From Lama glama (lineage: Eukaryota), in assembly GCA_028534125.1 (NCBI GenBank), contig CM052832.1, positions 22,446,001-22,510,000 of the forward strand: a stretch of 64,000 nt of DNA, in the 5' to 3' direction. The translations under genes were made by a program, and so were the position numbers. The notes under the pieces were generated by a model, which had not been told where the DNA came from, did not search any database, and saw nothing but the letters and a program-made list of their open reading frames with translations. Shown one piece after another: positions 51,961 through 64,000 of the stretch; positions within the stretch are counted from its first letter, which is position 1; the number at the start of each line of letters is the position of its first letter.

Positions 51961-54900
51961 CGTTCTGATGGCTTTAATCTCCAGCATCTTGCTCCTAGTG
52001 CACAGGGTCCGCTGCAAAGCCCTTTAGTTCACATCTGCTCCACAGGGAGAATCTACATGTCCTTACTAGGGAACACAGGACAATCCCAGTATCACACCCC
52101 CCCCATCCTCCCTCCTTGGACTGTTTCAGCTTTCTCAGCTATAAGGTGGGAGCCAATCCTCTGTGTCTTGTGACTGAGAGAAATCCATTCCCAGATCTTC
52201 AAATGGTCCCCTGGAAGCCCCCTGTCTGGGCTGAGATCACAGAGGAGTCAGGAATCTCCACCCTTCTTGGGTGGGCAGACCTCGTCTACCAAGTCTCTTC
52301 ACTATTTCTCTCTCTGTCCATCCTTTCATATTTTCACAGTAAGTGATGGGGCTCAGGAGTTACAGGACCAATTTTCAGAAATTGCTTTTGTAAACTCTGC
52401 ATGTGGGGGGCTGTTTCCTATTCTTTAGGGTGTCTGATACCTAAAGGGCATCAGCACCTTGGCTGAGGAGAGACATGAAGAGTTCTGATTAACTTCCAGC
52501 TGCACATCCCTCATGGCATCATTTTGTTACAGTGCCAGCAATTCAGATGTATTTGTGTTCTGCCCTTATTTGTGGTCTGCTCTTATTACAGAAAATCAGA
52601 TGGCATCTTGCAGCTCTTTATCCCTTACATACTCAAAGATGAATTCACCCCCACTGGCTTTTTTTTTAAGTGCCCAAGCCGAGCTAACAATCCTTCTATT
52701 CTAGACCGTGGTCTCGCTACCCTGGGCCTCCACGTGGCCTCCCCCTGCTGCTCTGAGCTGCTTCCCGGGCCTTCAGAATGCTCTGTGCCCTGTGTGCCCC
52801 TTGGTGTTTTTCTCTAATCATGAAAGGCTTGTTGCTGATGTAATTACTGTTTTTGTTGTCAGAATTGTTGTTTTCATATATGAGGAACCTAAAATTCCCA
52901 TTTACACTGATTTTTTTTCTGACATAAGAATCCTAATTCCTTCACCTTTCTCCACACATGTCATCTTCTATTCTTCTGATTTCCATGACTCTCCTCTGAG
53001 AAGCAGCTGCACACTTAGTCGTCTTTCTTTTGCCTCGTCAAGCATCGGGGATGCTGGAACGAAGAGGTACCTCACACATCTCATGCTGACTTAAACCTCA
53101 GAGAAGTTTATTTTTGGCTGAAATTGGGGATTTGAGAAAAGGCTTATCTGACTCAGGTTTGCCGTAGAACACTTGTTACGTCTCTTAGTGTTTGATTCCT
53201 TCTCAAAATAGAGCTCCTGTGTCTCAGAAACCAAGCACAGTTTTCCGTTTGGTCCTTAACCAAAGAAAATACAGTCAGTTCCAGAGAGTCAAAGACTGTC
53301 TGTGCCAGTCTATTCAAAAAAATTATTCACCTGCTATTAGTAGATGACTGTTTCTAAGGGCAAATCCCAAGAGTGGGGAAAAAATGTGTGCTGTAGTTAC
53401 TTTGTATTGATGTAGGCATGACTGTTTCTGCTTATCATGGAGAAAAAAAAAGATGACTTCCTGTACGCTTCTGTGCACGCACACACTCTGTAAACCAGTG
53501 TGCCCAGAAAGAGAGCTGAAAAGCAAAGGCTAGTGATAGAACTGGAAGGTTCTCCCGACCCTGTGCCTGTGCTCGGCAGACTGGGAATTTTGCAGTGGTT
53601 CCTGCCTCTGATGAGCCCTGCGATTTTAGGCAGGGGTTTCTTTGTGGCCCAGCTATTTCCGCTGCGAGGTGAGTGGTAACAGCAGGGCTGCCGGATAGTT
53701 TGTCAGGGAAATGGAGTCATTGTGGAGCAAGTTATCCACAGGCAAAGCTGCAAGGAAACGTACCTGGGAGAAGTGAACCCCGTCTACTTTTTATGCTTTA
53801 GGAGGAGGCTGGGGACAGCCGTCTCTGGGGAGTGTTGTGAAGACGGAGATACGAGGTTATCTTGACCATCCATCCTCCTGTGTTTCCTTTGGCGCATTTT
53901 CTTCTTCTGGCTCTCAGTCAGCTCTGAGACTTGTTTTAACTTTTTCCTCTTCGTAATGCACCAGTGGAGGGCAATCTCCTCTGAGCGTTAGCCAGTACCA
54001 ACATTAGATAGCCCTGTAAATAGCATTAAAGTTTTATTGCGGGCTCTTGGAGATATGAGTTCAAACAGAGGGATTTCCAGTGACAGAGCTGCAGTTACAA
54101 GTGGTAGGGGAATTTCCAGGGCTCTCAAAAACTCATGCTTGACCACTGACGCCATCTACTATTAAGGCCAGTCTTGGATCCAAGAATAGATGGAAAGATG
54201 GCGATGATTTTGGAGGCCAGCACTGGCAAACTCTGGAAGAGTCTTCTTGCCCAAATTAAAAGCAGAGATTCTAATTTGCTTCCTGGGTTCATGGGTCATC
54301 CTGGTTGGAATCTTTCCTGGAGATCCTTTTAGACTTTTACCTGCTGTCCGGTTTCCCTGGCAAGGCATTGTGTACATTTCCTTACTGCTTTCTGAAGCTC
54401 TGGAGCATCTGGAAAGTTTTCCCCTTCCTTTTGCAAATCCCTCTGAAGGAGCTTAGCAGCAGTTCCCGGGGCATTAGTTTTCCTGCAGAGCAGGAACTTA
54501 TCTATAAGCTGCACTTGGGGAGTACTGAGACCGGGGTTCAATGCCATGTCTGTAGACTCCAGAATCCATTATTTCCCATTACTTCAACAAAAACACTGGA
54601 GAAGCCACAAGTTTTTTTGCAATGCCAGACTTAACAGAGACATTTGTAAGGTATGATATATTTTTAATAGAAGCAATACTCTTCAGTTAAGTACAGAAAT
54701 TGATGTGTCTGTCACATTACTTTTCTAAGCCCTGATGGACACTAACTGGTCTAGTATTTATGCCCTCCTCTCCTCGCTTCCCTGACTCTCCACCTTGGCC
54801 TGATTCAGGCTGTAGGAACTACCCACCTTTCTATTCGTGTAGGGTGCTTGCTTCCCCCCCCCACCCCAGAGGGTCAGGAGCCAGGATTTTACGCCGATGA

Positions 54901-55079
54901 AGGAGATTGGTGGATCCTACCCTCGAGAAGAGAATTTTCACGAGCTTAGGAGTTCACCGGTAGTCAGTAGACCTTCCCCCCGTTCACTCTAGACAGAAAC
55001 CGACAAGGGTTTGGACCCTCCCCTGTGCCCTGGATTTCCCATTGGCTTTAGGCCCTCACCCTGTGAACAGATAGCCGAG

Positions 55080-55700
55080 GACCTGCAAACATCAGAATGA
55101 AGCTTCCAACTGGAAAGACAGCAGCCAAGTAAACATCAAATCCTCAGGGGGAAAAAAAAGGCAAGAGGAAATTATCTGATATGAGAATGTACTTTAAAAA
55201 AAAACAACTGAAATTCATGTACAATCGAAACATTTGGGAAAAAATCAGTGATTGAATGTAGGAGACTATGCAATTCTAAAAATGTGTGATGAAATGTGAT
55301 AGTGTAGAAGAAAGATCATAGAATGTACTTCATAGCCTTTCTCTAGACCTTATAATGCGAATACTCTTTGCTGGGTTAAATAAAATTGTCCTGCGACTGT
55401 GTATGGGAGACCGGGTGAGGAGGAGAAGGGAAGAGGCTCTCACTCCTTATCCAGCGTAAGAGTACGTCAATGGATGATGCCTGACACTGATAATCAAGGA
55501 CTAGCGGGGTATGCTGTGAGGAACGTGGAGATAAACTCCAGAAAAAATAGGCAAAGAAATTAAAATGATGTCTCTCGGGTGCGTGGCTGGAGGTGGGGAG
55601 GGACTGAGAGAGCAAGCCAGGGATAGCTGTTTTCCTTCATAAATCTTTCATGTCTGTTTAATTTATAAACTCTGCACATATATGGCATTGATAAATCTTA
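55080..55700 (+). mobile_element. old L1ME-like fragments
   Basis: A-rich ORF1-like stretch, then GAAATTAAAATGATGTCTCTCGGG...GCTGTTTTCCTTCATAAATCTT 3' motifs. Confidence 0.45.
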
Positions 55701-56267
55701 ACAGGAAAGGAAAAGAAATACCAGAAAAAGAAAATGAAAGAATAGATTGGTTATCTCACAGAATTTCCAGGAAAGCTGATAGCTATGCCTGGTCATTGGG
55801 CAGAAATAAATGAAGTGTCCTGCTGTGGACAATGCTGCTACCCCTGAGGGACAGTGCAGTCTCCAACTGACGCTGCCTTTGCTGCTGCGGTGGTCACGGG
55901 ACACTATTGGCATCTAGGCGTCTTTCCATCATGGCTGCTGGGCCTGGTGTCTCGGGTGGTGGCGTCTGATGGGCTGAGACTAGGTCGTGTGTCCATGAAT
56001 GGCAGCCAGTTTGGTGGAGGTCACAGAAAAATGGGCTTGTTGTGTAGGAGGAGATGGGCTCCACCTCCTGCAAAGATTCATTTTAGTGAAAGCTCTCATT
56101 TCTAAGAAGGGGATTCAGATGTTGCACAGCTGAGAAGAATATCAAATGGACACTGTGGTCACTTCCTATGAAAATAGAGACCACTTATAAATATTTTTCT
56201 CCTTTCTGTCAAGGAAGATTTTAGGGAATTTTAAGCTTTTGAGGGCTTAAATATAGAGGGAACCTTA

Positions 56268-56300
<33 letters not shown>
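56268..56300. repeat. (TGTC)8 microsatellite
   Basis: Read directly from the sequence. Confidence 0.9.
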
Positions 56301-56301
<1 letters not shown>

Positions 56302-56430
56302 CCTATCTTTTTTAATCTGTCCATCCGTTGTTTCCCTATCAGTAAATCTACCTATCTTATACTATGTCCAAGTGTTGTCAATAGGATCATTAGTAAAACA
56401 ATGATATGACATAGCAGGTACTCTGGAAAA

Positions 56431-56458
<28 letters not shown>
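56431..56458. repeat. (TG)14 microsatellite
   Basis: Read directly from the sequence. Confidence 0.95.
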
Positions 56459-56462
<4 letters not shown>

Positions 56463-59400
56463 ATGGAGTGATTAGAAACACAGATTGCAAGAAAAAACCA
56501 AATCACATTCCAAGGGAAAAAAACATCAAAAACTTACAAACAAGGAGGAGACAAAGAAGATCACTATACCCACCGAAGAAAAACACAGCATCCCTCAGAA
56601 CTAAAAAAAAGCCTCTCCTCACTTTCCCCTTTGTTAAGCCCTTGAGAAGTAGGCAGCATCTTTCCAGATAATGTTCACTATGAGACTCTGGAACGGATAA
56701 GAGGCCATACCTAAGGAGAAGTCAACTCAAGACTTGTCATTTCTTCAACCAATACACAGTTGGGAGTTTGGTGACAGAGGGGAGTTTCAGCTTTTATATG
56801 CCGTTTGTTGAGTTGACTTGTTAAAGTAAGTTCCTATTAACTAACTTTTATTCTAGTGATTTGGGGCTTCCAGCAAGAAACTAAGTGTTTTGACAGACAT
56901 ACTTGTTGCCTATTTCATGTAAATTCCCTAAAGGTCTGGCGCTGTGAGGAGCCAGGCTGGGGAGGGAAGAAATAGATACGCCAGCAAAACTGGTGTTCGA
57001 GCACAGCCCGGAGAGTGTGCTGTAGGGGGCTGGCCGTGATTGTTCTAGAAAATGAATGTGTGTTACATATTCATGTGTATTTACAGTATATATGTATACA
57101 GGCAAACACACAGCAATATCTTGAGTTTGAGCAAGTAAAACATTTTCAGCTCCTCACCTCTCATTCTCTAAGCTGCTAGGTGTGTTGTGCTGTAGGATTT
57201 TCAATAAACACCTCTGAGAAATACTCCTCCACCTGGATTTACAGTAATTTGCATTTCCTCCAGCGTGGAACCAATTCACCGCAGGGAGAGACCTGAGTAA
57301 TTACAAATATCAGATGCAGTTTCAGTAACGGCATTTCTCGTCTGAAAGTGGTCTTCATAGAAAGTATAACTTTAGGTGAACGTGTCAAGAGTTGGTTTGC
57401 CTCAAGAACAAAACCCTTGCAGAGAGCTGGTGGGCTGTGATCGGGTTCAAAAGTCAGTCTAAGCTCTACAGTTAATGCAGTTGATGAAGAAAAGTCATTA
57501 ATGCAAATTTTTGGAGAACTAGGTCGATGCTAGGCAGAAGGGAAAGAAGGATTTAAACAGGTGGCCTTGATGTTTGGGGAAAAAAGCCCAATTGATTTTT
57601 AACTGCAATTCGGAGTGCAGAACAGAATGTTGACACTAGCAGCGTCTGGCAGGCAGCTCGGTGGAATATGAGGTCTTGCAAGAATCAGGCTTCGTCCCAG
57701 CCTGACGAGGTCCATTCCGGAACTGGAAATCTGACAGAAATACGGGAAGTAGCCTGTATGTGGCTGCATCCCAAAGCTGGTCAAAACGAGTTCTTGACCA
57801 CCCACTGTCCTGGGCTGTCTGCAGGTGATTTGGGGGTGCACTGGGGGTTAGTACTGAGGAGGAAAGCAGGGAGATTTACGATCAATTTAAAGGAAGTGAG
57901 ATAGATTTCTTACTTTTAAATAAGTTAAAGAGAGCCTTTCTGGGAAGGGGGGCACTTTCTAAGTCAGATCATCCAATTGGCTCTTCTGCCCCCTTGAATC
58001 TTATTTGTCTCCCCTGTACCCATTGGTCTAAGTCTGTTCTGTGGGTCTCTACTAAAAAGTGCTATCCCCTTTCCCATGATGGCCCTTCACACTGTTGAAG
58101 GCAGCTATGGTGTGATGTGTAATCACCTCTTTGGAGGCTCAGACATCCCTCTGTCCTTCCACCTTTCCTCATCACAAAGTTTTCAGCCCCTCATCATCCT
58201 GCCACTCCTCTCTGACTTCCCTCACTCATCAGAAACGTGTTACGCACTGTCGGCAGGCATGCCTAGAGCTAAAGGACCAACATAAACAGGTCCTTCCGGG
58301 AAAGAGTTCGAGGGCTAGTGGGTGAGACGAACGGAAAACCACATGCTGTGCTAAGTGCTGGCGTGGAGGTGTGCACGGGAGGTGTTATGGGAGCATAAGC
58401 TGTGTTTTTGTGCAGAAACAAGCAATATGTCTCAGGTAGGGTTTTACTGCTCCAGAGCAGAGTCTCTCAGATCTTAGAATTTAAAAAAATCTCACATGTA
58501 ACCCTACTTCTGTGCCCCTTTTCATCTCGAACGTTATTCGTTTATGACCTTTTCTGATCTTCTTCTTTATCATAGTCTTCAATACTTGTCTACTTTATTC
58601 TTATTTTTATTTACCTCTGCTTTTATTCTTGTCAATTCCTTCTACTTTGAAAAAAAAGAGTTTTCTGTGGTTGCTAGAGTTTTACTTTTCACCCTTCTTG
58701 AGTTCTTAGAGACGTATTCTTTCAAGTGGCCACGTTTCCTTATGGGACTGCTTAGCCACTCTCTGTAGGTTTGGTACAGGAGGTTGTTCCTGGGGCTGCT
58801 CAGTCATAAACAAGTTGTGAAGTTAGGTTCGTCTAACCCCACAGTTCTCCCAACGACTCCCTTCAGATCCTGTCAGACAACAGCCCTTCACTGATCCTGA
58901 TGGTCGGTCCTGCTAAGGGGACACTTGGAATGATTGTCCCTGGGAAGGGTCCCTACCCTTGCAGCCTCCCTTTGCCTTCCACGGCCGTTTGGAGGGGAAC
59001 AGCAACATCCCCTCTAATTAGGGCAGATGCTGAGGGGAGCTGGCAAATGGGTATGTTTTTCTTAACTGTTGCCAACGTGAGAAATTGAGTTCTGGAGAAG
59101 GACCCCTTGCCAGAACAGCCAGTTAAAACAGGAATATGATTGCATCTAGATTTCATCAGAATATGATGAGGTGCATCATTAAACAAGGCAGGAAGGGGGT
59201 GGACTTGTGCAAATCTACTCTCCTACTCAAAGTAGTCAGGTTCAATATGCACACAGGTGAGCCTCGTAAAGCTTTGTTTCAGGTGGAAGCCTGCTGGGCT
59301 GGCACTTAAGAAAATGATGTAGCCCATTTGTTTTTTGGTTTGGGGTTCTTTTTTTTTTGATTACAGTGATTTTTATTTCAAAACGGTTTTCAATATTGTT

Positions 59401-60019
59401 TTAGGTCATATTTTCAATAAGCAAACCAAAAATGTGGGCATTGTTTAGGATGATCTCTTTCTGCCACATGCTATGATGGGGTTGGCGGACGTGAGCATTG
59501 GAGTGTTTCCTCAGTATTAAGATTTGATTATGAAATGGCCCCAGCAATCCACCGTAAGCTCGTAACCAGTCGTAACAGAAACCGCTTCTCCCGATGACCT
59601 TGCATATTCAAATTTCCTGAAATGTTTGGGTTCCAATTTAAAGAAAAATGGATGTAGACCACTCGTTACCTTATTTCCTTTCCTTCTTAAAACAGCTTTT
59701 TTGTATCAACCTTCCTTCAGGACACGGTGGTTTCACGCTGCCCTTATCCTCTGCCCTGTAAAAATTTGCCCTTAAGGAAAGATCTGGAAGATCTGAGATA
59801 GAAAGGATTGGTAGCTTCGTACACTAGCTTACCCACACTGACTTGCGTTATAAAGGGGACACAGAACCTTAAGTTGAAGGAGATCAGCATTTCTTCGTAG
59901 ACTTTTTATCTTTAGTGGTATAAGGGGTGATTCTGAGGCAGTGGGAGATGCAGACTCTAGTGAGGATGGGGGCTTGGCTAGCATCTAAAATAAGTGGAAA
60001 GGACTGGGTGTGTGTAAAG

Positions 60020-60310
60020 CAGTGGTTCTCAGCCAGGGGGTCTTTTGTGAAAGTTGTCCCACACGTAGATTGTATTTTTGATGTATTCGTGGGGAAGGTG
60101 AGCTCTGTGTCTGTCTACTCTGCCCCTCAGCCAGGGACTGTTTGCCCCCACGGAACACTGGGCGATGTCTGGGGACATTTTTGGTTGTCCTGACTGGGGT
60201 GAAGGTTACTGCTGACATCTAGTAAGTAGAGGCTGGGGATGCTGGACAGTCCCCACAACCAAGAATTATCTGACCCCAAACGGCCATAGATTCAAATCTG
60301 AGGAAACTTG
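60020..60310 (+). mobile_element. MER20 (hAT-Charlie) interrupted by an L1 5' fragment
   Basis: CAGTGGTTCTCA...TTTGCCCCCA...GATGTCTGGGGACATTTTTGGTTGTC...CATCTAGTAAGTAGAGGCTGGGGATGCTG...CCCCACAACCAAGAATTATC. Confidence 0.85.
60039..60125 (-). mobile_element. isolated L1 5'-terminal fragment with 11-bp TSD
   Basis: CTCAGCCAGGG at 60028-60038 and 60126-60136. The minus strand reads GAGCTCACCTTCCCCACGAATACATCAAAAATACAATCTACGTGTGGGACAACT, like the start of the laurasiatherian L1 5'UTR as recalled. Confidence 0.7.
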
Positions 60311-60319
60311 GGGCCGACC

Positions 60320-60610
60320 GATATGTATATGGTAGTGACAGTGGCCCCCGTGTTGGACAGACAGCAGGAGAGATTCAGTGTGCCCAGAATAACGGAGCTC
60401 CCACTACCCAGCAATGAAGAGTTATGTCCCATGACCCAGCAGCACAGAGAGATCTCTTGACTTCTTTGGAGAATTCAAAAATCCAGGTTTTTACAGAAAT
60501 GCCTACATTTTAAAATGCCAGCAATGAATCTAAATGAACAAAGTTGAGAGAGCCACACAAAAGATGACCATGGGCTGGCCTTGGCTTCTGGATGGCTACT
60601 TACAAGCTCT
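60320..60610 (+). mobile_element. hAT-Charlie element (MER102/MER103-like)
   Basis: AAAATCCAGGTTTTTACAGAAAT...TTTTAAAATGCCAGCAA...GCCACACAAAA...GGGCTGGCCTTGGC...CTCTG. Confidence 0.45.
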
Positions 60611-61022
60611 GATCCAGAGGGCTGTGGTCCAGAAGTGTAGTGTAGGTTGTAAATCCAGGGCTACCAGGTTCCAGGGAAAGGTTCTGGCCATCAGTCCTTC
60701 TGTCTGCAAAGATCATAACTGTCCCTACTGAGGCAGAGCCAAGGAAAGGTCTGTTTCAGTTCTGGGGGGGGTGGGGAAAAATTACTGATTCTCTAAAATT
60801 GCTCTAGCACTATTTAACATAGTTAAACATAGTTAAATAGTGGGAAAAAGAAAGCTTCCTCCTCCCACATATGCCTTTTGAACAGCAAAGGAACATTTTC
60901 CAGAAGCCACTTAGTAGATTTTACCTTTTCCTCTTGTAAAAATCTCTTGGGTTCAATATGTACATTTCAGATTCTGGACTTCTACCGATTCACATAGCTA
61001 ACTGACAGAGTTGGGTTTTGTT

Positions 61023-61182
61023 TGGTTTTTTATTGACGTATAGTCACTTACGATGTACCATTTTCTGGTGCACAGCAGAATGTCCCAGTCATGCCTATGT
61101 ATACATATATTCATTTTCATATTCTTTTCCATTAAAGGTTATTACAAGATATTGAATATAGTCTCCTGTGCTATACAGAAGA
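61023..61182 (-). mobile_element. camelid-type L1 3' stub inside a MIR
   Basis: TTTATTGACGTATAGTC...AATGTCCCAGTCATGC...GGTTATTACAAGATATTGAATATAGTCTCCTGTGCTATACAG. Confidence 0.8.
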
Positions 61183-62336
61183 AGTTTGTTTTTATGACAG
61201 AGCTGTTGGAAAGATTAAAAAAGATAATATACATGAAAGTTCATAGTGTAGAGTTGTCTGGCACGAAAAGAAATGTCAGTTGACCGAAAATACAGAAAGA
61301 GTACTTCACTATTTGAATGGGACTGCAGATGTATTTTTTAAACTGGGTAGAATTAGTGACCAGCTCCTGGGATAATGAGCTGAGTTCACCTGCTTGAGTT
61401 TGGAGGGCAAACACATGTTCTTTGTGTCTGAGAGGTAGGCTTGAGATTTCCTTTGTCTCTCCCTGCTTTGGGGGAAAGCAAATTTGGCATGGCCTTTGAA
61501 TGTCTGCCTCCCCCACACTTTTTTTTTTTTTTTTGAGTATGGAAGCTTTGTAAATTCGCCTTGTTAAAAACAAGCACCATCTTCATACCTGCTGAAACCT
61601 AATTCTCGTCCAGAGGCTGTGTAACGAACAAAGGGGGCAGTGATCCCCACGGCAGGACCGAGAGCTCGGCCCACGCAGGCACCCTGGCGTGGCTGCGCCG
61701 ACCGGGGAAGGAGGCCGTTCGTAAAGAAGCCTTTTTATTGTGACTCCTTCACCTCCCCCAGCCCAGTCTGAGCCATGAGAAGAAGCATGTTGTCAATGAG
61801 ACAGGCCAATTTTACCCAGTCTTACACAATAGTGCATTACAGACTTTCCAAGAAGACGCCATTCAGGGTGAATCACCAAATTCAGGATGAAAAGATTTTG
61901 ATTTGCAAAAGCACTCAAGCATTTCTCTTTAAAGCTGGAGGTGGCAGGGAAGGGACCGCCGTGCATGCAGCTGCTTCACCTCTGGGCCAGGTGCACTGAC
62001 AAGCACTCAGTAGTGGAGCAGGGCGAACGCACCCCGCATTCACAGGCGTCTTCGTCACCGCCTGGTTTCCGGGGCCCCTGAATGCCTTAGTTAAGGGAGG
62101 GAAGAATGAGAAGGTGCTGATGATGGTGGGATATTGAAACGGGTGGAACTGAGTCAAAGCACGAATACAGGTTCACATCCACTGAAATTAACGTTTACAT
62201 TTTCAGGTTCTCAATTGGATTTCACCGACATAGGTACGAGGTGATGAGAAAGAATGCTAGATTGAGGATTGTATCATTTGAGATGATTTCAGCTACTGAG
62301 AACAGAACATTTATCTCAAATGACTTAAACCCTTCT

Positions 62337-62502
62337 TCCTCTAAGTCTGGGCTCCGGACTGCCGGCATCACCACCACCGTCACCTGGGAGCTTGACGGAA
62401 TTGCAGAATCCACAGCCCCAGCCCAGACCTTCTTATTCAGAATCTGCATTTTAACAAGACACACAGGTTACTTGTATGCACATTATAGTTTGAGAAACAC
62501 AG
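62337..62502. mobile_element. MER5A-like hAT MITE
   Basis: TCACCTGGGAGCTTG...TGCAGAATC...TCAGAATCTGCATTTTAACAAGA...TATGCACATTATAGTTTGAGAAACAC. Confidence 0.75.
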
Positions 62503-62539
62503 CCTTAAACAGAACTCTTCTTTTTTTTTTAATCTCAGC

Positions 62540-62900
62540 AAACAAGTGGACTAGAGGCAGGCAGTTCCAGGCTTGGTTAACTGTGCAACACAGTGATGTC
62601 AGGAAGCGCCTGGTGGTTTTCCTTTTCCTGGTCTTCTCTGAGTGTTTCCTTCTATACTCAGGTGCATCTTTCTGTGGTCACAGATGACTCCTGGCCTCCC
62701 CTTGCTCAGCTGGGTGAAGGCGTGGCAGAAAGGAAGCTTCCTCCTGCCACATATGCCTTCTGAACAGGAAAGGAACATTTTCCAGAAGCCACTTAGTAGA
62801 TTTACCTTCATGTTATATGTCTCCTGTAATTGTCCAGAATTGCCATCACTTGCCCACCCCTAAACCGATCACTGGCAAAGGGATGAGGATAATGATGAAC
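62540..62900 (-). mobile_element. MaLR LTR (MLT1K/L-like)
   Basis: TGGTCACAGATGACT...TTTTCCAGAAGCC...CCAGAATTG...GCCCACCCCTAAACCGATCACTGGCAAAGGGATGAGGAT. Confidence 0.65.
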
Positions 62901-64000
62901 ATTTAACCTCTGGGACTAGGTAGGGGCCGGGACTTCTTTGACACATGTGGCAAATAAATATATGAACAAAACGAGTTTCTGCAGCCTGGAAGCAATCAGA
63001 GTGGGCAGGAGAGACAGCTGGTGGGAAAAGCAACCGTGTGTGCTACCAGAACTGTTTTCAGGCTGGTCATGTATATTTTGGGACATTAGGAATTTCATCT
63101 TGAATATTTGTTTGAGAGTTAAGAAAGAACCCTCAGTGAGGGTTCCCTCCATGACTGAGCCAAGAGATCATGTCCTAGTGACATATGGCTTTGGGTAGTT
63201 TGTGCTACAGAAAGTTCGTGATAGTAGAACGATGCAGTTGTAAGGCTGAAAACGAGACAGCTAGAAGGACGTCTTAGGTCACTCAGCACAGAGCCTGTAT
63301 GCTGAGTAAATGAGCAGAAAGTCCAAAGGGCCAGGTGTCTTGGGACTGGGATGGTCTCCTTTTCTGTGCCGCCATCTTGATGGTGGTAGCTCATTCTTTC
63401 CGTTTGACATCTGGGTTTAAGGGAAGTACGTCACTTTTCCTTTCTGGGGAACATGAATGATTATGTAGAATGAATCACACAGAGGTCATTTTAAGACCAT
63501 CTAAGAGAAATAGGCTTCAATTAAGCAGGTCTTGGGATTCCAGATGCCACTAAACCATGAGACCCACCCCCCCTAAGGGCACGGTCTGTGTGATGTAGTA
63601 TGCAGCCACTTGGCAAGTGTTTGTGGAACAATTAATGGAGTGGATAAATGAACTACGTATAATTATGTCTTTCTTTAAAGAGAACTGTCATGTGACCTAC
63701 CCTCACCATTAGCATTCTTATTGAACTGACATTGCTTTTATTGGCTTACTCTGCGTGGGATGGAACCAGTGGATCCTGGGCGGGTACTTTCTCTTTCATA
63801 CTCTTAATTCTGAGGGTCTGAAAGAGAAAGGCAAACACAACAGTAGGCTGCATTAATAAATGGATCGTGCTTAGGTCAGGGGAGAAACAGTCCTCACATC
63901 ATCCTTTGTGTTGCTTCTGACCATGTTGTGACTGTTTTATTAGTTCCCAGCACCAGTTTTTAAGGAATCCATTGATTAACTGCATAATCATAGCAGTGAT

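Noticed and set aside
62241..62687. 148-aa ORF
   Set aside because: It spans MER5A and MLT1 sequence; a chance ORF.
63368..63379. YY1 motif GCCGCCATCTTG
   Set aside because: Isolated, and similar words are common in old LTR remnants; no promoter context.
1..64000. Gene symbol, CRISPR array, operon or other prokaryotic/viral system
   Set aside because: No coding exon was recognised to name the gene. The sequence is mammalian, with no repeat-spacer array or dense ORFs.

Overview
Mammalian, repeat-rich, essentially non-coding DNA. The youngest L1 3' ends resemble camelid/cetartiodactyl L1 as I recall it, so a camelid genome is my inference, unconfirmed. The dominant functional feature is a CpG-island promoter at ~22.8-23.5 kb with tandem GC boxes/G4, an inverted CCAAT, a perfect CRE and an RFX X-box. 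It probably fires on the + strand into a short first exon and a first intron of at least 40 kb. I could not identify the gene and found no credible protein-coding exon; the ORF track is background or repeat-derived. The rest is L1, L2, MIR, hAT MITE and LTR fossils plus microsatellites. Repeat family names come from remembered consensus motifs, and boundaries are approximate unless TSDs are given. No novel multi-gene system is supported. The most unusual items are: a tailless retrocopy of the 5' half of tRNA-Glu(CTC) with a TSD; an 87-bp insertion of only the 5' terminus of L1 inside a MER20; an ~81-bp local duplication next to a perfect hairpin; and a degraded Tx1/non-mammalian-L1-like ORF2 fossil that keeps one frame over ~500 bp.
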